From: the human T2T-CHM13v2.0 reference genome, Homo sapiens
DNA length: 64,000 bases
Direction: 5' to 3' (one strand)
Assembly (NCBI RefSeq): GCF_009914755.1
Contig: NC_060937.1
Shown here: piece after piece, positions 53,400 to 64,000 of the stretch
Position numbering within the stretch: the first letter of the stretch is position 1
Layout of the letters: each line of letters starts with the position of its first letter
The notes under the pieces: model-generated
The model's database searches: none
Told to the model about the DNA's origin: nothing
What the model saw: the letters and a program-made list of their open reading frames with translations, nothing else
Program-made: the position numbers and the translations under genes

Positions 53400-54200
53400 T
53401 ATAAATTATTACCTTTCCTCAAACTGTCTCTTATTTCCCAATCCTTGTCTCACCTAATTGCATCTTACTCCCCAATTCTCTTGAAGTTGCCTAAACCAGA
53501 ATCCAAAAATATTTCTTCAAATGATCTCACTGGTCACACCCAAATCTAATCAGTCTTCTTCTTATTACCAAGTCAACGCTCACATGTACTTCCAAACCAA
53601 TTAAATTCACTTGATGCTTATTGCACCTTCAAGACCATCATCAAGTAGGCTATGTTTAATCAGTCTCCTGGCTGGTTTGCTTCTAGGAATATTCTCCTAC
53701 AATCTACCTACCCTACTTTATGCTACCAGAATCCTATTCCTGAAACACTAAATCAGCTATGCATCACTTTACAGAAAAGTGATGCTGCTTCTTAACATCC
53801 TGTGCTATGTCCTTTGAAGTCTTAGTTCTTGTCTAACTTTAGAACTTCATTTCTCCAAACCCTAATGTTATCTCTAGCCACACTGAAATATGCGCAGTTT
53901 CCAAATCACAGTCTAAACTTTTAAGCCTCTATTTTTTTTCTGCCCAGGTTATTCACCCCTCATCCTCACTTTACTTTCACCCATTAATAGCAAATAAAAT
54001 GTTACCTTTTCTGACTCATCCTCATCGTGGTTAAGGTCCAACCCATGGTGTTTCCTTAACAAATTATTGTACTCTGCACTGCTAATATTTGCATAAAGGT
54101 TTTTCCACCGCTTGCCTATGTTGCCCTTAACGTTTCCATCTTGAGTTGTTTTTACTGCTCTATGAACATACTAGATGTCAAAACTATACTTTTAATAAAT
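53400..54200 (+). mobile_element. L2 fragment
   Basis: Pyrimidine-rich sense L2 pattern (gttgcctaaaccagaa, agtctcctggctggtttgcttc, tctctagccacactg). Confidence 0.5.
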
Positions 54201-54309
54201 TAAGAAACAATGTTTTATTTTTTCCGTAAAACTAAAATACTATGATTGTATTTTCTCATGATGTTAGAGTGTTTTGTTTTCCTTTTATTACTTTATTTTT
54301 ACCAATTCA

Positions 54310-54520
54310 GAATATTAGCCTTGGAGCCAGAACAACTGGAAGCAAACCTCAGCTTCTGCCATTGACAACATTTTTGACACATATCAAGCTATATAGCTTT
54401 TCTATGCCTCACCCTCCTTATATATAGAATATGAATAATGATAAGAAGCTTACAGGTACATTATATATTTTTTGGAACAGGGCCCAGAATTGTAAATATT
54501 CGATGTTTATTATTACTATT
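54310..54520 (+). mobile_element. MIR fragment
   Basis: ccttggagccagaacaactggaagcaaacctcagcttctgccatt...tctatgcctca. Confidence 0.55.
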
Positions 54521-57500
54521 GTTATTATTATCTTTAGTGTTGTAGCTAATAGAGAAGATGCTAAAACTAATGCAGTTCCTGTAATTAACCTTCACCCAAA
54601 CTTAAAAGAAATAGGTCTAGCTATTTGCTAAATTTTTATCCAGAAAACAAAAATATTATATCTTGATCTGGAATCATTGTCCATATTTGTGTGGTATCAT
54701 CCAAAACCCTAAAATAAATAAGACTATTTTAAGAACATATTATCTGGTGCTACCAAATTCTAATCTAACTATTCTCTCTCATAAAACAAGTCATATTTCA
54801 TGATGTCTTCCAATTTCTTCAGTGACAAGATGCCAGAAAACTAACCTGATGAATATACATATTGAATAAATTTAATTAAAATTTATATGTAGATTATTAT
54901 GCCCTACAAAGAGGTGCAGTGAGCTCCCAGAAAAATAGTTGACACTCGTAGTCATGGTTCTTGAATTTTCAAGCCTATAAGTGAGCAAATCATTTAATTT
55001 TACATCATTTCATCAAAATGATCATAGATGATGAACATAATATTCTCCCTACTTATATCTAGAAATACATAGCTTATTGCTCAAGAAATCCTTCTGGATA
55101 TAAGTGGGTGAGTTATGTACTCAGTTGATTTGAAAGGTAAATACAATTTTAGAAAGTAAAGAAAACAGGTTGCTTAACTATACACAATAGTTGGCCATTG
55201 AAATACCTGAGATATTTTACATAGCACAGAGCATAAAGGGGCCCATTGTTCAACCCTTAGGCACAATAAAATCTCCCAAAAATCTAAATCTTGAAAATAT
55301 AGTTGACATATAATTTTTCATAGATTTTACTCAGAAAAAAAAACAATACTGTTTTCTTAAATTCAAAACTGGATTGGCATTATGTTTCATTTTACCCTTG
55401 GAATAAAGCCAAACGGCCATGATATAGGTGAAAATACAGAACCATAAACATTGCAGGCTGATAATCCTTGTACATGACATGTTTACAAGCATTGACTTGC
55501 ATACAAATGTCCATTTCCAAATTTAATTTCAGTGATTGACATGTAGTATATAGTCAAAGGTAGCAACTCCTGTATATTTTTTCTTTCTTACCTCATAGTA
55601 AGTGGCTGCCTTCTGTGTTTAGAATTGTCATTGTGCAAATATCATCAAGATACAACTGACCCTGACTTTTAACAAATGACATCTATGTTATAAAATTTGT
55701 AGGGTTACCCAAACTACCTAGGAGATAAAGGATTAGGTGGTCTTTTAACAGTGTTGAGCTGTTAAATGTGTTAATTAGATAATATTAATGCTGATTTTGA
55801 AGCATTTCAAGAGTTAAGAGTTAGCAATCACCTTTTCATTCTAAAAACAACAGTAGTGCTACTTGGTCTTAGAATATGATTTTTTTTTAATGCCACAGGA
55901 TGAGTCCCTCATAATTTAACATTTTAATCATTTCAAGGTGATTTGTTTTTACTGTGAGAAACCCTGTGTTAGCACTTTCCCCATGTTTCCTAAACATAAT
56001 CGCATATTAGTTGCAATTTTCTCTGCAACATAAGACTTAATTATGCTAAAGAAAAAAGCTTCTTTTTTAATAAAATGGGTAAAATACCACGGATATCCAG
56101 TCTGAACTAATACTGAGACTGGAAACTCATTACCACTAAAAATGTCAGTTCTGATGAAGCATTAAAAAAATTCCAAGAATCAAATTCTAAATGTCTTTAC
56201 TAAGCTGTTTTATGGTAGCATGTACCATTGGAAATGTGATGAGTCTTCATGTAAAAATGCTGATTTGAATTAGATTTAGAATGTGTGTCATCCTCAATTA
56301 GCCTTTCCTTCATCAAAATGATCTCACAAACACAGAGAATGAATCTTTATTTCCTCTTTGCACATGGGAGGTCATTTGTCAGATTTAATATACTTCTACC
56401 TATGTCTTCCTACATGCTTGGAGTTCAAGATGGATGACCATGGACTTCCAGAAAAAGTTTTTAGCTTAAAACTTAAATTTAATTTTAATATAATGTCAAA
56501 ACTATTCATATTGAGTCAAAAAATTAGAGTAGCATTTACTAAAATAACATTGGTTTATTTCTATTTGAAGAAATAGAACAGTTTTTAGTCATTTCCCTCC
56601 TCTAAGGGCAAGTTGATATATTAGTAATTACCTAGGTAATACAGGGAAAGGAACATTATGTACTAAAACATGTATTTTCTTGAATCATGTATATATTTTT
56701 ATAATTCAGATTTGAGGTGATACTAGTGGATATGATATTGCATAAAGGAAATCATTTGTTTTATGATTGTTTAAATAAAATTATCTAAGGAATTTTATAA
56801 ATTAATATTCAAAAGTTAGACAATTCTAGTGACCCTATAATATAGGTATCTACTTAGAGATTATGGATCCTATAAAAAGAACAACCTACTTAGACTGGTG
56901 ATATAAGATTCATATGCCAAAAGACTTCTCAGGCAACTCCCAATAAGTGGTTATGACTACTTTCTAAAGGATGTAATATCCATTTATTAAGGGGCTATTT
57001 GCAAAGCTTAGTGCTTACGATTTCTGTCCCTGAGGAATTTGGCTGTTTACGAGGACATTTGGGTTCTTGCATTTATAACTAAGAACTTGACTTCTGCTAT
57101 GGAACATTTATGCCTTAGCAAACATTTAAAATTTGAAGGGAAAAGAATTACCTACTTTTTCAATGCCTTGTCAAAGACAAAGTATTCAGTATAATAGTGT
57201 CTTCAAGGTGAGAAAATAGAGAAGGGTAATAGGGAAATTTTGTTCCCCACTCTGGCAAAACAAATGGTGGCTGCAAATTTATGTTTTGCACAATAGCTGC
57301 CATTCACCATTCATACAAGTAGTTAGAAAGTCATGCAAATAACTATATGTTTATGAAACTTTCAGCTCTATAATACCAATAAAAATTACAGCAAGTTTTA
57401 GCATGTGACAACAAATACCTTGGAAAGCAGTGATGAAGTATTCAAAGGAAATAATGAAAGACACTGTTTTCTCTAAGAAGGCAACAAAAGGGCCAAAGGA

Positions 57501-58494
57501 ACACATATATAAAGATTTCAGATTACTAAAGGAAGATGCTTAACAAATGCAAATGTAAACAACTAATAATCAACAAGCATTCTGATATGGATCAAAATTA
57601 CAATGTTGATGCTAAATGCATTTTCAGATTTCAGGTGAAATAGAAAGAAAACTCTAAAGCCCCTGTTCTAATAAGGAAACAAGCCATTTAAATGATTGTA
57701 ATATTTAGCTGCATGTCAAGTTTCTACTTAAAGTTAATGGAACTATAAACCCTGCGCTATTTATATTCCAGGTCACAATATTTATCCTATAATATATTAT
57801 AATTTCCAGAGTAAAGACTCTTAGTAATTCTGTAATTTAAATATTAAACTAGTTTAAAGCTCTTTAAGTTTGCATATCCTAAACTGTAGTCAATTCAGAT
57901 AGCCACATGCATTAACTTAATAGAAAAGCATGTGCATTTCGGCAAAATCTTTAGTAGATGATGAACATCACATTTTTGAAAAGAAAGGATATAATGCCCT
58001 GTGGTGAATGTTGCAACAGAGAATTAAAGATAAAATATGAACATAAAATATCTTGGTATTCACTGTCTCTCATATTTGAAAAAATGTATATGAGTACAGC
58101 ATATAGTGAAAATAATATTTTATTAATTTGATATTAATTTAAACAGAATAATCTCATCTGAACTATATCATATAAAATAAAAAGAAAGATCTCTCTAATG
58201 ATAGAAAAGAGAATTATTTACTTAATGGTAAATTATGCCATCAGATTTTTAATAAAATTTCTGACTTCTAAATTTTGAAATAAATTTAAGTAATTTTCTT
58301 TCAATATAAGTACAAGATCATAAAATATCAATTATTTCACACCTCATCATCAAGAAAAATCAATATTGACTCTGGATATTGGGAATAATTCTTAAGATAA
58401 ATTTATAGATTTCATGAAGTTACTTGGCAGAAGGAACTCTTTGAAAGAAGAAGGAAACAAAATAATAAATCAAACTTGTGAATTTTGACTTTTT

Positions 58495-60022
58495 AAATTC
58501 ATTTGATTGTTAGGGGATCAGGAACTGTCTCAATTTTGTCCAATACTGCAACCATTTTGGATAGGGTAGACAGAGAATGTCTATGTGGAGGTGGCCTTTA
58601 TGCTGATACCTAAGAGCATTCAAAGGAGGAAGCCATGCAAAAATTGCTGAATGGCCTTCCAGGAACAGTGAATTCAGATGCAAAGTATCTGAGAGCAAGA
58701 AGCTTAGTACTTGAGGGACACAGAGAAGGCTAATGTGGTCAGAGAAATCCAGAGAAAGAGGATGTGGTAAGAGACATGCAGAGGTCAAATAGCAATGATG
58801 ACAACAACAATGAGAATTACTCTATCAATGAACATTTACTATGTGCTAGCCACAATTTTAGTGCTTAACACGCAGTTTCTGTTGACCCTTACCTCTAAGG
58901 TAAGACATTTAGTTTTTATTCAAACAGAAATGAAGTAGTTAAAGAGTTTTAAATGGGAAAATGTTATGGTTAACTGTAATTTTAAAAGATATCTCAGATA
59001 TTTTTGGCATAATAATATAGAGGGCGAGCAAAGTATAAAGACAGGAACCAAGAGGACAATAGAGAGGCTTCAACAGCAGCACTCCAGATGAGTGTGAAGC
59101 AAAGTTAGAGTTGGGGAGAAATTCCAATATCCATTCAGAGGTATAGCTGACTTTCTCTTAGATTGGATCTATCCATCACAGGAAGGATGGAAATCAGAGA
59201 TGATCCCTAGTTGTTCTGTGTTAGTAACTATTTGAGTTATTTGGCTGATATGGTGAAAACAAGCACTAGAGAAGAACTAGAGGTGGGCAATGATTGGGTC
59301 TGCTTTGCACTTGTGAATATCATTAAATATCCAAATATATGTATCCAATAGATTTCTAGATATAACCCTTGAACTAATGGGAAAAGTCTGAATTGGAATG
59401 AACAATTTTTGAGATATCTGATTATCCATGTAATTTAGAACCATGAGACAACATAAGATTATTTAAAAAGAGAGTAAAAATAGAGAAGACAGCAAATGGT
59501 AAAGCCTTGGTGGCTTATCAATTGAACAGCAGCAATAGCAGCTGAGAAATCTTGGAAGGGAGACTGAAAGAAAACTACTCAGGAAATGGGGTGATAGAGA
59601 AATATAGCTAGTAAGCTTTTCCTACAAGGGAGCAGTCACCTATATCAAATTGTGAAGAGAGTTGGTAAAACAATGACAGAAAATTGAATATTTGACTTGA
59701 CTAAATTAAGGATGATGCTTGAAAAAATATTGAGGCATTTTTTTGAGTAGTGAGGATGAAGCCTCTTTGGGTTTTATTGAGGATATCATGGGAAGATGGT
59801 GAGAACAGGATTAAAGTCATAGCTTATGAGAGGAAATTTACTGTAAGGCAGAAAAAAATGGAGGGAGACATGGTTCAAGTAAGTTTTCTTTGTTTTAAAG
59901 GGATCAGTTATTGTAACGTGTGCTTGCATGAAGATGGGGAAAACATCTAGTGAAACAGAGTCATGACTTTATCATAAAACTGGGGAAAATAAAATCATTC
60001 TTTGCTATGAAGACTCAATAAA

Positions 60023-60056
<34 letters not shown>

Positions 60057-60480
60057 TACCTGGTTTATAGTAAGCAATCAAAGAGTAGCTATTAAGATGA
60101 TGATAATAGTGATGATGGTGATGGCAATGGCAAAGAAGGAGGCAGAGGAATATTAAAGGAGGAAAAAAGGCAGAAATTATTATCACAAATCTTTGGAAAA
60201 ACTGAAAGTACAAGTTACTGTCAGGAAACATCTTTTGTCAAAATAGAAAGGAAGGCAGATATGGCCAAAATTATCACTGACTTGTCAAATTATATGGTGT
60301 AAAGTTGAATTAATGCTTATCTACACATATCTTTTTAATGATAATGCAATTTTTAGATGTGAAGTCTATTCAATAAGGGAAAGAAATGTTTGAGATGTCA
60401 GAGGAAAAGATGTGCTGAACTAGTCGTGTTGCTGTGTGGAAAGTGGATGTACTAGCGAAACAAGGCAGGATTGTCTGGCA
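58495..60480 (-). mobile_element. L2 fragments with a MIR-like insert (about 58800-58960)
   Basis: ggaagccatgcaaaaa...ttccaggaacagtgaa...tgcaaag; aacatttactatgtgctagccac. Confidence 0.6.
60024..60054. repeat. (TG)n microsatellite
   Basis: About 15 perfect TG units. Confidence 0.95.
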
Positions 60481-61464
60481 ATGTTGACATTAAGAGTAAG
60501 GTATTTAAGGTCTATACTTCTCTTTAGTAGCATAACTGAAGGTTAAGCGTAATTGACTTAAGTAACATTAAATGCCTGCAAAAATGTTTCAAAGGATCCT
60601 CTGTGTTAGGGTTACAAAAAGAATAAACATAGTACATCAACCAAAATAAAAGACAAAAGAACATCTTGTCTCAATTAGCCAACTAATCTTAAAATTCTCT
60701 CAAGATTATTTCTCTCAAAGTGTTTGCTTTTTATTGCTAACCTACTTTCTGTAACATATCTATAGTATCATAGTACAAGTACCTATTTTATAGCCTTAAT
60801 AAAGTGTATTTATTAGATGGAAGAAAAATAACTCCATTGATTGTATGTCCTTTGGGTCTCAGAAACCCAAACTTAGACAGAACTGTACTTGTGACCACTT
60901 CAATATGGGTATCATAAAAAAGGAACAAAAACAGAAAAAGTCAAGCATCACTACATAGTGATACCCTCTCCAAACTAAGCTGCAAATATGAAATGTCTGG
61001 TGTTACTGTAAGTTTCTAAAATGACTGACCTCAAAATAAATATCCTCAGAGCCTCAAAAGAAAGAGGAACTGAGGCTCAAACCATATTATACACAATTAA
61101 GAACTTGTCACTACCAGATCTCCTGTTTCAAAAAAATATATAAAGAATTACATACAGTAAGAAAGAAATTATATCTGATTGTTCTAGAAAAGGAAATAGT
61201 GTAATGTGATGTATAAGAAGTACAACTTTTTTGAAATAGATATCGTTCACTTAAATCTGCTTTGTGGTTTGGCAATATATGCAAATATAGTTAATATTGT
61301 AAATAATATGCAGAGGCATGAGCCATTGAAGATTCAGCTTTCAAAGATCATTGTTAGAATATCAGAATGTAAGACATTTATGAAATGATTTGTTAAAGAT
61401 TTCCACCTTGATCAATTTACTATCATATGGTAGGGGTTGGGTGAAGTGACCATTAGAAGTAGGA

Positions 61465-62003
61465 AGTGAGAGACTGCATATGGCTTTCTTTTAATCTTGG
61501 GTACGAGAAATTACTAAAGCAGATAAGAACAGTCATTTATTCCTGTTTATCAACTGCCTTTTTGGACATTACAACTTCCTCGTCTGTTTGGGGTTTTTTT
61601 CTTCTGTGTTTAGGTTGTCTAATAAAGAGAAATGGCACCAGATTGGAAGACAGAAGTCAGGCTGAGGCCTTGTTCCTGCTTATGTTTTTTATAGAAAACG
61701 AGATCATAAAGGGGTAAGTGAGGAGTGGCAGGAATCTATATTCCAATTCTGAGGAACAGACTCATGGTGTCGAGAAGCAGAGATGGCAAGGACAGGATTA
61801 TCAGCAATTGCATCATCATTATGCGTAGTAACCAAAGCAACTCCCTGACTCCTAATTAACTGCATTAGCACTGTATGCTTGAATGCTTTGTTCATCTAGT
61901 CCTTCCAACATTTTTATAAGTATCAGAATACCCTGTGTTAAACTTCCTTCTGCCCAAAACATTCAGAGCTGTTTCAACGCCCTCCAATGAACTCTTTGAC
62001 AGA
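61465..62003 (+). mobile_element. Ancient ERVL-type LTR remnant
   Basis: 3' end ttaaacttccttctgcccaaaacattcagagctgtttc...tgacaga resembles old ERVL LTR termini; family not assignable. Confidence 0.35.
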
Positions 62004-62239
62004 GATATTTTTTTTCATTTGCAGTATGCTTTTTTTTTTCAACTGTCTTGTTTTACCCTACAGGAGTGCTATAAATAACATGACCAATGGGAAAAAATAA
62101 GGCTCAATTTTTAAATGATAGCCCATTTAAATTCAACATAATTTGTTAAATACAAACCATGTAGAAAAAACTCTGCTAAATTCTTTACACTTGTTATCCT
62201 TAATACATGTCATGATCCTACGGTAGTTATTACTGCCAT

Positions 62240-62822
62240 TATTATTATTATTTTAACTTTTATTTTAGGTTCAGAAGTACACTTGTAGGTTTGTTATATA
62301 GGTAAATTGTGTATCACAGGGATTTGGTTTACAGATTATTTAGTAACTCAGGTAATAAGCATAATACTTGATGAGTGTTTTTTTGGTCCTCATCCTCCTC
62401 CTACCCTCCATTCTCAAGTAGGCCCCAGGGCCTGTTGTTCCCTTCTTTTTGTCCACTTGTACTCAGTATTTAGCTCCCACTTATAAGTAAGAACACGTGG
62501 TATTTGGTTTTTAGTTCCTACCTTAGTTTGCTTAGGATAATGGCCTACGGCCCCATCCATGTTACTGCAAAGAATATTATCTCATTCCTTTTTATAGATG
62601 CATAGTATTCTGTGGTGTATTTGTACCACATTTTCTCTATCCAGTCTATTATTGATGGGCATTTAGGTTGATCCCATGTCTTTGCTGTTGTGAATAGTGC
62701 TTCAGTGAACATTCACGTGCAGGTGTCTTTATGGTAGAATGAGTTACATGCCTCTGGGTATATAACCAGTAATGAAATTGCTGGGTCAAATGGTAATTAT
62801 GTTTTAAGTTTTTTGAGAAAAA
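62240..62822 (-). mobile_element. L1PA15/16-like 3' end
   Basis: ttttaggttcag...gtttgttatataggtaaattgtgt...tttagctcccacttataagtaagaaca...tatataaccagtaatgaaattgctgggtcaaatgg. Confidence 0.88.
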
Positions 62823-63644
62823 ATTCAAAATGAGTATTGAAAAGAAAAAAAAAATGGATATGGACATCTAACTTCCTGTTTTCCCAAGGCCCAGGAGAAA
62901 GACGACAGCTTCTGGTGGTCCATTCATTTGTTGGTTTATTGTTGAATTTCAGGCAAGGGCAGACACAGTTGGTTCCATTCTTGCCTCTCCCATATTTTAA
63001 AATCTACAGTTCTGTCTTTGTTAGAAAATAGGCAGAATCTTTCTTTATACTCTGCCCCTAACTGGAGAAGTCTGATGTAGGATTTCCTTGCTCTGTCCTT
63101 CGTTGTGTTCTTCAAAAACAAATGCTACTACTCTTCATAGACTGATTCTCAACTGGTGCTTAATTTACATGTGAGGCTGATCCATGCTTTCAGCCACATG
63201 TATCATTCCTGGATCTCAGGCATCAAATGACAATAGCTCCCCGAGCAATAATAACAATATCAAATACCCCTCCTCCCCCACCATTTCCAAATACTCCTCA
63301 TTAAAAACCTTAGTATTATACTTTGGTTATTTTGGCAAGTATAAGATGAAAATTACGATAGTAAAATAAAGACATTATTGCCACTTTTTGGTAAGTAAAT
63401 ACTGTTTAGGGACAGCAGAGATCAAAAATTTTTTTTAAATCTATGTAACAAACATGAACATGCCATCCAACTTACAATTATTAATAATAATGCTAATAAT
63501 TTTATATCCGTCAGTTTTTTCATGTATTCATCTTTCAACTGGTTCTGAACTTGGGCAGGAAAGCTTAACAATACATTTCTAGAGCAGGGTTATATTCCTC
63601 AGGATTAATATGTTTCCATTAAAAATAGACATGATGAGATTTTA

Positions 63645-63790
63645 AAAAGTGCTAGCTTGAGATACAGAACTGTGTTATAGTCCCTTCTCTTATAAAGTAA
63701 CTGTGTGATCCTAAATAAAACTCATCTAATCTCTCTAGACCTCACTTTATTTATCTATATGTTGAGTTTACATGAACTGCATTTCATATA
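63645..63790 (+). mobile_element. MIR fragment
   Basis: taactgtgtgatcctaaataaaactcatctaatctctctagacctcactttatttatctata. Confidence 0.55.
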
Positions 63791-64000
63791 ATTTCAAAGA
63801 CATAGAAAAACAACACATTTAATTTTAAATGCCGTATATTTACTCATTTGATACATTTCCAAATAATAAAATAAATCATATAGAAATATACTATATAAAT
63901 AATAAGGAAGTACTCAGCATCCAAGAACGCTAGAATATATGAATATTGGAATGATCAAATGTTTTGTATGTTTGAGACAGCATAAAAGTGATTAATTCTA

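Overview
Primate (very likely human: it carries an AluYb8-type element) AT-rich, repeat-dense intergenic or deep-intronic DNA. I find no recognisable host protein-coding exon, rRNA, functional tRNA or prokaryotic system. The window is mainly transposon remains: old L1M, L2 and MIR fragments, an L1PB-type 5' end with a 208-codon ORF1 remnant, eight Alus, MaLR elements (THE1/MST/MLT1), ERV1 LTRs (MER41A, MER52, MER31-like), an ERVL LTR16-type element, a MER57-type provirus remnant and a MER20. The most notable oddities are: a degenerate tRNA-Glu(TTC)-like cassette in the MER57-type internal region, a 79-nt near-perfect hairpin in otherwise unique DNA, a 92-bp local copy of MER41 sequence pasted into the L1 5'UTR, a serial fold-back templated insertion, a candidate 42-nt exon and a young AluYb8 with a perfect 17-bp TSD. 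Family names come from recalled consensus sequences, not from a search; boundaries of old repeats are approximate.
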